Assembly (NCBI RefSeq): GCF_001194135.2
Contig: NC_068990.1
Location: forward strand, 408,992-472,991
DNA: 64,000 bases
From: Octopus bimaculoides
Lineage: Eukaryota
Reading direction: 5' to 3'
Shown here: piece after piece, positions 24,533 through 35,599 of the stretch
Position numbering within the stretch: position 1 is the stretch's first letter
How the letters are laid out: each line of letters begins with the position of its first letter
Made by a program: the position numbers and the translations under genes
The notes under the pieces: model-generated
Database searches by the model: none
Told to the model about the DNA's origin: nothing
Seen by the model: only the letters and a program-made list of their open reading frames with translations

Positions 24533-24745
24533 GGTGATGGGATGGCAGAATCATTAGGGCACCAGAAAAATTGCCTAGCATCATCCTTTTTAACTTTACA
24601 TTCTGAGTTTCAATGCCACCAGGGTTGACTTTGCCTTTCATCTTTTTGGGGGTCAATAAAATAAGTACCAGTTGAACACAGGGGTCAATGTAATCAACTG
24701 GCTCCCTGTCCCAAAACTGTTGGCTTTGTGCCAAAGTTGGGACCC
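24533..24745 (+). mobile_element. SINE family A copy with no CpG left
   Basis: Positions that are CG in the left-side copies read TG or CA here (GTTGAC, GTCAAT, ATCAAC, ATCATT, TACATT). Confidence 0.85.
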
Positions 24746-24769
24746 AATATTAGCATTTCATAATGTTTA

Positions 24770-25090
24770 CAGGACCCTCTTCGGTCAAGGGATTGTACCT
24801 AAAAAGTTCCTCTCTGAGGCAGAAGTCCAGGCAAGGTTGTTTATGGAAGACCAGCAGTCGCCCATGCAAACCAGCCTCCCTTCTCCACACCACCAATGTT
24901 ACCCACGGAAAAAGTAAGGACCGATACAGCTTTGGCACCACGTTGCAACTAATTTCTACAGCTGAGTGAACTGAAGCAACGTGAAATAAAGTGTCTTGCT
25001 CAAGAGCACAATGCACACCCCGGTTCAGGAATTGAACTCACTACCTTATGATTGTGAACCAAACGCTCTAACCACTGAGCCATGCACCCT
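24770..25090 (-). mobile_element. SINE family B copy (tRNA-like head ...GGCTCAGTGGTTAGAGCG)
   Basis: Collinear with 41345-41692. Partial copies at 9516-9612 and 39090-39200. Confidence 0.85.
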
Positions 25091-25394
25091 CTACTTCATG
25101 ATTAAAGAAACCATCCAATGTTCAGAAAAGTTAAATGTACTTACTTAGCAGTAACACACACAACAAAAATAATATTTTGTTTTGTAACCTGACCTAAATC
25201 CATCTTAACTCCTTCACAGACTCCAAGTCTTACAGTATTAGAATAGCTTGTAATACATATATTGATCGATTTTATTTCATAGCACAATTCCACTTTTGAT
25301 TAAGACTGGTATTGTTGATTAAATTGATTTTTAGCCCTTTTATGATTGCATTTTTTAACGAGTTGTTTTAATTTCCCACTATAATTAAGACATT

Positions 25395-26080
25395 AAGTCC
25401 CACTGAGTGGCACTCTGGGCAAGCATGTTCTACTCATAAAAGCCTTGTGGGTGGATTTGATAGATGGAAACTGAAAGAAGCTTGTCATATATATATACAG
25501 ATATCTAAGAGTGTATCTCTGTGTTTGTTCCTCAGTACCACTTGACAACTGGAGCTGGTGTATGTCCTCATAACTTAGCAGTTTGGCAAAAGAGAATGAT
25601 ACTAGGATCAATTCATTCAACTAAAAATTCTTCAAGGTGGTGCTCCAGTATGACCGTATAGCCATAGTCTAATGATTGAAACAAACAAAAGAAAAAAAAT
25701 TTCTCCCCCACTCTCTCTCTCTCTCTTGTAGCCATGCTGGAGCACCACCTTAAAGGGCTTTTTAGTCAAAGAAATCAATCCCAGGTCTTATTCTTTGTAA
25801 GCTTAGTACTTATTCTGTTGGCCTCATTTGCTGAACCGCTAAGTTATGGGGACATAAACACATCAACATCGGTTGTCAAGTAATGGTGAGGAGACAAACA
25901 CTGACATGAAGACACACACATAAATACATATACATACAATGGCTTCTTTCAGTTTCCATCTATCAAATCCACTCACAAAGCTTCGGCTGGCCCAAGACAC
26001 TTGCCCAAGGTGCCATGCAGTGGAACTGAACCTGGAACCATGTGGTTGGGAAGCAAACTTCTTACCACACAGCCATGCCT
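25395..26080. mobile_element. Tail-to-tail pair of SINE family C copies (plus 25395-25700, minus 25727-26080)
   Basis: Both match family C, in opposite orientation, about 30 bp apart. Confidence 0.8.
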
Positions 26081-26099
26081 GCAACCACACACACACACA

Positions 26100-26552
26100 T
26101 ATCATCATCATCATCGTTGTTTAACATCCGCTTTCCATGCTAGCATGGGTTGGACGATTTGACTGAGGACTGGTGAACCAGATGGCTACACCAGGCTCCA
26201 ATCTGATTTGGCAGAGTTTCTACAGCTGGATGCCCTTCCTAACACCAACCACTCCGAGAGTGTAGCAGGTGCTTTTACGTGCCACCGGCACGAAGGCCAG
26301 TCAGGCGGTACTGACAACGGCCACGCTCAAAATGGTGTATTTTACGTGCCACCTGCACAGGAGCCAGTTCGGCGGCACTGGCAACGATCTCGCGCGAATG
26401 TCTTTACACGTGCCATCTGGCACAAGTGCCAAGAAGGCGACGCTGAGCACAGGTGCCATTGACGGTCTCACTTTCGCTTGCCCCAACAGGCCTTCGCAAG
26501 CCGAGTTTCGTTTCCAATGAAGGAGACGACGTTAGCATGGTGCCAGTCGTCG
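26100..26552 (-). mobile_element. Retroposon with RTE-type 3' tail (family D), CpG-rich and probably young
   Basis: Carries the TTAGGAAGGGCATCCAGCTGTAGAAAC motif and a (GAT)n tail, shared with the 3' UTR of the RTE LINE at 35600-35850. Confidence 0.8.
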
Positions 26553-26809
26553 AATGCCTATGTGTCTGTGTTTGTCACCCACTCCATCCCACTTGACAAC
26601 ATGTGTTGGTTTGCTTACATCTCCATAACTTAGAAATTTAGCAACAGAAAGAAATCGATAGAAAATGCACCGAATTTTTATTTTTAAGAAAAGGTGGGGG
26701 AGAAGTAGAAAGTGTAAGTGCTGGGGTCAGTTTGATTTGACTAAAACCCTTCAAGGTAGTGCTCCAGCATGGCCACAGTCAAACGACTGAAACAGGCAAA
26801 ATATAAGAG

Positions 26810-27230
26810 ACAATGAAAATATTTGAAATGTTCAGAGAGACAAATGAAGACATGAGAGTAATAGTGGTAGTAGAAGTAAATAGTGATGGTGGTGGCAGTA
26901 CTGGTGATGCTAATGAGAGAAAGACTAAAGGTGGTGGTGGTGGTGGTAGCTGTAGTAGTAGTTCTGAGGTAGTGGTAGTACTGTTGATAGTGGAAGGAAG
27001 ATCAGCGGTAGGAGTGATGGAAGGAGTACTGGAGGTGGTAGTGGCAGCAGTGGTGGTGGTAGTAATAGTAGTTGTAATGAAAAAAAAGGGGTGAAGATAT
27101 AATAGTAGTGGTGGTAGTGGAGGTGGAGGGAGAGGTGATGGTCGTAATAATAGTGTAGTAGTAGTAGTAGTAATGATAGCTATGGCAATGAAGATCAGTT
27201 AGATCTAGTTATTGGTTTTGGCAAATGTAC
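26810..27230. repeat. Degenerate (GTA/GTG)n trinucleotide tract
   Basis: Directly visible. Confidence 0.85.
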
Positions 27231-28267
27231 CAAAGAATGCTTCTAGAATATCAATAACAACAACAACAACAACAACAACAATTGGAATGGGCACCAGGCC
27301 AATATTTAAAGTTATGGTAGGTGGGCGGACGGGTGGGTGGGGATGAAGAAGGGGAGATATACATAGTTCAATGCAAACCCACTATATTAGTAATACTGAT
27401 TGTTTCTTGCTGTTGTTGCTTAAGCCTGACTCAGCCATGATTCTGAAGACCTGTGATCAATGGCATTCCACCCATGACCATCCAACTCATTTCTTTTTTT
27501 CATACAATATGCATTCAGGACCATTGTGGTGTTCTTCCTCCTTTTGTGAGGTAATTGGGGGTAGTTGGAGGACAATTTGGGTGCTATTTTTAGCAAGTTA
27601 AACGACCAAGTTGAGGCTCCCCTGTTTGCTCAACTGGTATGCAGTTGAATAAAGTGGTGAGTGATGAGTGGTGGTCATGACAAGTGGTAGTCGCAGGAAG
27701 TGAGGAATGGTGGTCATGGTGAGTGAGAAATGGTGGTTGTGATGACAGAGAAATGGTGGTTGTGATGACAAAGGAATGGTGGTTATGATAACAGGAATGT
27801 TAACCATGGTGAATGATGGTTACAGCTATGGTGTTTGGGATGAATGGTAAATCAAACCCAATATGACATGGAAATGGTCTACCATTTTTGCCACTCTTAA
27901 TAATTGCTTCTTATTTTGGCACAGTGCCAGCAATTCTTTTTTTATCGTGGAAGGAAAGATTAATCAATTGCATCAACTCTAGTGCTAGACTGGAACTTAC
28001 TCTTGTCGACCCGAAAATTATGAAAAAGCAGACCTCACTTTGGTGAGATTTGAACTCAGAATCTCAATAGCCAGAATAAATACAACAAGGCATTTTCTGA
28101 ACATTCTAATGATTCTGCCTAATTATAATAGAATACTTCCAACATAGGCACAGGGCCAGAAATTTGGCGGGAGCGTTAAGTCAATTAGTGGGCATTTTAT
28201 TTTGCTTCATACTAACGATTCTGCCAGGTCTATAGTAACATGTGTGTGCATATGCATGAATGTCTAT

Positions 28268-28284
28268 TTGTATGTGTTTATATG

Positions 28285-28356
<72 letters not shown>

Positions 28357-28366
28357 NNNNNNNNNN

Positions 28367-28410
<44 letters not shown>
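28268..28410. repeat. (GA)n microsatellite with a small gap
   Basis: Directly visible. Confidence 0.95.
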
Positions 28411-28413
<3 letters not shown>

Positions 28414-29537
28414 GAGCGTGAACCTGGTATGCCTTTATTACATCTGTTATATGTGTTTCTGTGTTCAATAATTAATTAATGATGTCACACTAAAAATGCA
28501 GTATACATAATCCTCCTGAATATTTCCTCAGACTGTGTCAAAATATTTCAAGGATGTGTCCAGCAAAATTAAGTGTACTGCATTAATAAATTGCATGTAT
28601 GGATTGTACTTACAGTGTGACATCATTAATTAATTACCAAATACAAAAAACAAGCAACAGATGAAACACAGGGATTACAAAGTTCAAGCCCATGTTTCTT
28701 TTTTTTCTTTCTTTCATTACTGATGTACCCTTCTTATTATGTCATAGCACTCTTTGAACTGCAAAGAACCTTATCTGACCATACAACAGAGCGAGCTTAA
28801 TGCAATTACAAATAAGAGGTGAAACCTAAACAATATGTTGTGTACTGAACACACCCATTTACACACACACACACACACACAAATTCAATCCAACTGAATT
28901 AAACCTAATATTTTGTAAAAATTTGGTTGCCTTCTTAAACAGAATAGCTTTCAATAATGCAATAAACTACTGGTTACAAGTAACATTGAATGGATATAAG
29001 AGATCAATATTTTAAAATAACTTATTTCCATAGAATTTTAAAATTATTACTGTTAATTTGCTTGTTTTTATGATGTATTATCTGCTTTAAAGTTATTGTT
29101 CTTACTCCTTTGAAATTATGACCATTGATGGTATTCATGGTATGGTGATGATTTTCTGACATAAATTTTCCATCACTTCTATTCACACTACAACTCTTAC
29201 GAAAATGAATGGTCATTTTTTTTTTCCTTTTCTTTTTTTGTCTTTTTTGAAAGCCTTTCCTCTGTTCGTGTTTTTTCCCCCCCAAATATGGTTAAAATGA
29301 TTGTTTCTTGTAATTTAAAATTTTTTTCCTTTCAGTGTTGTTTTGATGGTTTCTTTCAAAAAGCAATAATAAATAATAAATTAATGAATAAATAAAATTT
29401 TAAAAAAAACAAACAATAAATATTGTTGGATTTTATTTAACAACTATTCTAACCTCTGAAGATGTTAGTGAATACACACAGAAAGAGTTAGCTTCTTTGT
29501 AATGTCTTGACTGAAGTCAATATGTGTATGTATGTGT

Positions 29538-29704
29538 GTGTTCCGCAACCTCTTTTTCACTTGTGGCATGCTTATATTCTTTTCAAAATTCTGTGGCACA
29601 CCTGAACTAAAAATATAAAAGTATGGGGGAAAAATTATATTCAGGTTACACTGCAGCACTCATGGCACACCAGTGTGCTATGGCATACCGGTTGCGGAGC
29701 ACTG
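29538..29704. mobile_element. hAT-like MITE
   Basis: Inverted ends GTGTTCCGCAACC and GGTTGCGGAGCAC(TG), with a subterminal GGCACACCAGTGTGC motif. TSD not clear. Confidence 0.6.
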
Positions 29705-29729
29705 GTCTATCTCATTTTCTTTCACATAT

Positions 29730-30045
29730 TCACCTTGTACCTTGAGCAAGACATCAACTCCTGTCCACCTACCATACTTTCATATCCCTCGTTACCATAC
29801 ACAAACACATCTGAGGGATCTTGTCTTGCAGGTACTCGAAGATCGCCCCCACCTTCCCTGGCAGTACTGGTGCCATGAAAGAAAGCACCCAGACTGCTCT
29901 GTAAAGTGACTGACATTAGGAAGGTCATCCAGCTCCAGAAACCATACCAAAGCAGACACTGGGACTGAGTGCAGCCTTCTGGCTGGTCAATTCATGTTAA
30001 ATCATTCAACGAACACCAGCTTGGAAAAAGGAACAGTAAACGGTG
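29730..30045 (+). mobile_element. SINE-like element with CORE-like head and family D (RTE-type) tail
   Basis: CCTTGAGCAAGACA near the 5' end and TTAGGAAGGTCATCCAGCTCCAGAAAC in the 3' part. Confidence 0.6.
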
Positions 30046-30078
<33 letters not shown>

Positions 30079-30080
<2 letters not shown>

Positions 30081-30451
30081 TTTTATTTGTTTCAGTCATT
30101 TGACTGTGGCCATGCCGGAGCACCACCTTTAGTCAGACAAATCGACCTCAGGACTTATTCTTTGTAAGCCTAGTACTTATTCTATCAGTCTCTGCTGCTG
30201 AACTAAGTTACAGGGACATAAACACACCAACATCAGTTGTCTAGCGATGGTGTGTGTGTATGTGTGTGGGGAATACAGACACACAAACGTATACATATAT
30301 GACAGGCTTCTTTCAGTTTGGGTCTATCAAATCCATTCACAAGGCTTTGGTCTGCCCGAGGCTATAGTAGAAGACACTTGCCCAAGGTGCCACAAAGTGG
30401 GACTGAACCTACGACCATGTGGTTAGTAAGCAAGATATTTACCACACAACC
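30079..30451 (-). mobile_element. Full-length SINE family C copy
   Basis: Reverse complement of the 22134-22523 family. Confidence 0.9.
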
Positions 30452-31789
30452 AATATATATATATAGATAGATATTTTCAATAGAATCTCTTGAGAAGTGA
30501 ACCTGGGATCCCTTGACAACAATATAAACTTCTTTTAGTCAGAGTGTCTCTGACTCCTCATTTGGATAATTACTATTTCCGAGTTTCTGTTCGCTATGAA
30601 ACATATGTAGTCTGGATTTTATCTACACCATTCCCCTAATTTTGGATTTCTATTCACATACACAGCAACCCCTGCTAATTGTAAGTTATAAAACAATTTT
30701 TTCAGCTTATCAAACTTTGATATGGGAAAAATTTACAACATTCTATGTCAATAACCCACTATTGTTCCTGAAAGTTGTTTTTTATACCTTCTACAGACTG
30801 CTCGAAGCTTACTATCTTCCTACATTTTGATTCTGAGAGCTTACCTTTATGTACAACATACAAGAGAGAGAGTAACAATGAAAGCAGCAGATAGAAATGA
30901 ATTATTAAAGAATATTGAATTCTTTGACAGTTGCAGAAAAAAAAGAAAAGGAGAATGAAACCCAACTTGAAACGCAACCATTTTCTGCTCTAAGAAATTG
31001 CACAACTGGCACCCGTAGCTGGTACCTGTGCTACTGGCACATAAAAGGCACCCTTTGAACGTTGGGTGATCTGCTGTGAAGACCTGTTAAACCAGGTGAA
31101 ATTATAGTCATGGGTGATGCTGGTGTTATGTGACTGGCACCTGTGCCGATTGCAACTAAAAAGCACCCACTACATTCTTGGGGTGGTTAACATTAGGAAG
31201 GGTGTCCAGCTATAAAAGACATACCAAATCAGAGTGGAACCTGATGCAGCTCCCCAGCTTAACAGTTCTCAGTCAAACAGTCCAACCCATGCCAGCATGG
31301 AAAAGGGACATTAAACGATGATGATGATAAAATTCATCTATATATGTAAATATATTTCAAGTGGAATATGATCTAAACAGAAAATATAAATGTATATATA
31401 TAACAAAAAGGAACATAACTAAATACCCATATAGGGAAACGAGGAATGGTTGGGGTTGGAATGGGCAGGGAAAGGAAGGGGACATGTTAATCAGTTGCTT
31501 CTACTAATTTCTGCAACAGTAATTTCTAATGTTGAAATAAATAATTAAATAAAAGAAGCCTCACAGTTTTTTTTTTTAAATCATCCCCCCTCCCCTGTTT
31601 TGAAAGAAAAGCGAAGAGTTGAGAGAGCAATCATCCCAGGTCTTGGAGCCTTTACCAAAAACGAAAATCACAGTTTCAAAATACAAAAAGTAGAAAAAAA
31701 AAAAAGTAATTCAAATTATGTTGCAGTTTTTAATTTTAAAATACACAGCTGCATATTAGCACCTGCTTCAGTAAATAACAATGATGATG

Positions 31790-32320
31790 ATGATGATGAT
31801 AACATTATAATAATAATAATAATGATGATAATAATAACAATAATAATAAATTANNNNNNNNNNNNNGGTGGTAATGGTGGTGCAGTGATGATGGTGTTGT
31901 TGTTGGTGTAGCTGTTTATGCTGAGGTGGTGGAGGAGGTGGTAGTATTTATGGTGTGCCAGTGGTATTGATGTGCTGCTGCTGTTTATGCTGTGGTGGTG
32001 GTGGTGGATGAGTATTGCAGGAGAATCTGCTATTAAGTAGTAGTAGTAGTAGCAGCAGCAACAATGGTGGTGGTGGTAATGGTGGTGCAGTGATGATGGT
32101 GTTGTTGTTGGTGTAGCTGTTTATGCTGAGGTGGTGGAGGAGGTGGTAGTATTTATGGTGTGCCAGTGGTATTGATGTGCTGCTGCTGTTTATGCTGTGG
32201 TGGTGGTGGTGGAGGTGGTAATGGTGGTGTAGGTGCAATGGTAATGGTGGTGTCTAGGCTATAGTGGCAGTAACAGTGGTGGTGGTGGTGGTATTTATGC
32301 TGTAGTAGTACTATAAAGAC
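31790..32320. repeat. Mixed trinucleotide low-complexity region with a ~140-bp direct duplication
   Basis: 31867-32007 is repeated at 32072-32212. Confidence 0.85.
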
Positions 32321-33234
32321 TACCAGTGAAAGACAACATAGGACCTGGCCAGAGCCAAAGATACATTCTGTGTTTGATTTCTGGTAATTTCCTTACACTT
32401 GCTCTCCAACAAGACAAACCCCAAAACAGGAAACCTAAAGTACAAAGAAACCACATTGCTGCTGTTGTTATTCCATCTATTTATTTGTCTGGTTCCTTGC
32501 TGTTTTCAAAAGAGAGCACCACCACTGTTACCACCATCACTACCACCACACTACTACTACTACTACTACTACTACTGAGATCAATACATTCCAACAAGTT
32601 CAGCAGTCAACAATCAAGTCCATTCATATAGCCAACAATCACCTGCCCCCCTCCACTGCCAACTTCATTTTCTCAACCCAACCATCCAGCCAGCCAGCCA
32701 CACAAACCAGCAATCTCTGTGCCAGCCACCTACCTCATTAAAACTACACACACACACACACACAAGTTAGGGAAAACCTTTGCGGAAAACCTCTCCACCT
32801 GCTAACAACAACATCCCACAGCCAGCAGTCGGTGGGCTATAATCAGCCAACCGTCCTGGCTGGCCAGCTGAGGACAGCCTTTTTGGATATCCTGATGGTT
32901 GGGCAGTCAGTCCGACCAGCCAACCATCAAACTGTCATTGGCCAGTTAGAGCAGGAATGAATGGATTTCTGCTACTACGCAGACAGCTGATGTGCAAGTG
33001 AGCAAGCCATACGGTAGACAGTGGTTTAGTAATAACAGTAGTAGCATCGATACCATCAACAACAGCACAAGCACCATCACCAATATCACAATCATAAACA
33101 ACATCACTAGCAATGCCATCACCACTGCCACTACTACCATCAATACCACTACCACCATCACAACACCATCATCGTCATTACTCTCAACACCCCTGCTCCA
33201 TGTCGCATTTTACGTTTTCTAGGGTCAGAAAATG

Positions 33235-33569
33235 CAGTTCTTTAAAGAACAAATTTCACAAAATGTACGTTATTTACATTTGACGGATATTTGTCCTCAT
33301 CTTGTTTGTTGTTAACACGTTTCAGCTGATATACCCTCCAGCCTTCATCAGGTGTCTTGAGGAAATTTCAAAACTGGGTTCTCANNNNNNNNNNTCTCAT
33401 TCTTAAAGTATTTTACAATGTTGTTGTTGTTGTTGTTGTTATTATTATTATTATTATTCAGGTTACTGCCTGGAATCGAACTCGGAATCTTGGGGTTAGT
33501 AGCCTGCGCTCTTAACAACTACGCCATATGCTTGTGGGCATATGGTGCAGTGGTTAAGAGCGTAGGCTA
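33235..33569 (-). mobile_element. Composite repeat: tRNA-like Pol III head, (AAT/AAC)n spacer, hammerhead-core-like motif, and an inverted partial head
   Basis: The minus strand reads GCATATGGCGTAGTTG (A box)...GAGTTCGATTCC (B box)...CTGATGA-AGGCTG-loop-CAGCT-GAAAC. 33500-33531 and 33538-33569 are 32-bp inverted arms. Confidence 0.6.
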
Positions 33570-33825
33570 TAGTTTGTCAAGCGATAGTAGGGGGACAAAC
33601 ACAGACACACACACACATATATATACAGATATGACGGGCTTCTTTAAGTTTCCATCTACTAAATCCACTCACAAGGCTTTGGTAGGCTCGAGGCTATAGT
33701 CGAAGACACTTACCCAAGGTGTTACACAGTGGGACTGAACCTAGAACCATGTGATTGGTAAGCAAGCTACTTACCACACAGCCACTCCTGTGGGTGGATG
33801 TATGTGTGTGTANNNNNNNNNNNNN

Positions 33826-33874
<49 letters not shown>

Positions 33875-33899
33875 TACATCCACCCACACCCACATTCAT

Positions 33900-34572
33900 T
33901 CTAGATGACTGACCAGTTTCGATGCAATGTCTGTCAAAAAAACCTGTACATCATGTGGAGGATTGAAGCAACACTTGAACATTCACAATAAACAAGCAGA
34001 AAATGGAGCTAATGTTGAAGTGAGACATTATTGTAGTACATGTAATCAGCTGTTCAAATGCCTTTCACAGCTCAAAAGTCATTTTAAGATCTCACACTCG
34101 GAAATTACAATTATAGGTACAAGTCCTGAAGGGCAGACTCATCTTCTCAAGGGAGATAATGGTAACACCACTGACCAGACATGTTCCTCCTCTCAAGGTA
34201 ATCCCCATGGCTGAACTTGCAGCACCCTGGGAAGACAGACTCAATATTCCTTACCAGTTAAAGATTACAAAATATCAAGAATCAGTTGACAAGGCCCTGG
34301 TCAAGGGATAGAACACGGCCTAGTTCCCTATTGAAGCTGGCTTTCCAGGCAGATTGGTGCGTTATTTCGTATGGAAGATAGGTCTGGAACATAAACAACT
34401 GAAGCAAGCCACCAAGGAGAGAGGCACAGCACATAAAGCTAGCTCAAGGTGGCTACAGTTGATAAGACACCGCAAGTGGAACCATTCTGCAGGTGAAGAC
34501 TGGTTCAGTCCTTGCTGCCCCACCCAGGCAAAGTGTGCCGGCTAAGGGGCGAAGTGTTTGTGAACCTGAGAT
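33900..34572 (+). mobile_element. Internally deleted RLE-type non-LTR element (HERO/R2-group-like): two C2H2 fingers joined to the restriction-like endonuclease
   Basis: Fingers: FRCNVCQK(fs)TCTSCGGLKQHLNIH and YCSTCNQLFKCLSQLKSHFKISH. Then PDMF...MAELAAPWEDRL...KITKYQE...FPIEAG...ASSRWLQL, resembling the PD..ELTVPWE..K..KY RLE signature. No RT sequence in between. Confidence 0.75.
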
Positions 34573-34623
34573 GCAAAAAGATTTCCAACATTGTAATGGA
34601 TTTAGAAAAAGAAGTGGTAAAAT

Positions 34624-34673
34624 CTAAGTCGCTCCTGCAGTTTCCTCATGAAGCGAAGCATCATTTGTTTCAC
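34624..34673 (-). CDS. Candidate stop-containing (terminal) coding exon of an unidentified minus-strand gene
   Basis: Acceptor TACTGTTTGTGTATACAG|GTGAAAC. Phase 1 gives (G)ETNDASLHEETAGAT* (stop 34624-34626). Phase 0 gives VKQMMLRFMRKLQERLRFYHFFF* (stop 34602-34604). Both are in frame with the 50867-50905 exon. Confidence 0.35.
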
Positions 34674-35599
34674 CTGTATACACAAACAGTAGCACATGAA
34701 GCATACAAACAGAAATAAATTACATTTTATCATTTTACCGTTTCTGGTTTATACTTTACTTTTTTGAATCACATATCACCATCATCCACTTCCCATGTTG
34801 TCATTAGTAGAATAGTAAAACAACCTTGTAGTTTAATTTTTACATAATGTATTAGTTCATGTGGGCAATACATGTAATTTATGCCAGTCTGAATATAGTC
34901 ACATCTTTTACAACTGGATAACATTTACTTCTCACATATAATGTGCACTCATAAATATTAAGTTTAAACATCTGGGTAAAAAAAAAAAAAGTGCACATAA
35001 TACACAAATATATATGGTGTATATGTGTGTGAGTGTATGTGTACAGAATGATATGTTTTATACATAGGAGATGGCAAGTCTGAAAAAATATTTTCCCTAT
35101 TCAATTTGAATATACAAAGCATTACTTTTCTACCAAGCTAATTTATACTACTCTCCCTTGCTACATTTTTTCTGTTGGTAATCCTTAATGAAAATATGCA
35201 ATGATTTACAAATTTATACAAACAAATAAAATCAAATAATAAAAGATGAAAAATTTTACGCAGGACAAGATGTACACATTTCAAACTACCAGTTTAAAAA
35301 TTATTTTTATTTAAACTATAAATTAGAAGAATTAACATTTTTTTTTTTAGTTTTTAGGAGTGTAACACACTTCAAACTATCCCATCCAGTGATTCATATG
35401 TTATTTCAAGAGGGCATAAATTGTAATGAAACAATACATAAAGGTTATCAATTTACGGTACAAAATGTGATATGTTTGTCGAGAAAAAGCATTAAAAAAA
35501 AAGAACATGTTTCATTACTACCAATGTCAATTTCATTTCCTGATTACTTTATATCAACAATACATGAGCAAAATTGATAAATGCAATCTCCAATGCTTG

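Noticed and set aside
27690-27800. 23-bp tandem units that could be mistaken for a spaced repeat array
   Set aside because: Head-to-tail degenerate minisatellite with no spacers, in a eukaryotic context.
30845-30921. Possible 77-nt minus-strand exon (IQYSLIIHFYLLLSLLLSLLYVVHK) with a GTAAGC donor
   Set aside because: The AG is separated from the pyrimidine tract, the hydrophobic peptide follows from T-rich composition, and it lies downstream of the candidate stop exon.
31867-32212. ~140-bp near-identical direct duplication
   Set aside because: It starts at a 10-N gap in low-complexity sequence, so a contig-overlap artefact or slippage is likely.
33460-33531. Possible genuine tRNA gene
   Set aside because: A and B boxes are present, but acceptor and anticodon stems do not pair, and it is embedded in a repeat. 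It is better read as a SINE-type head.
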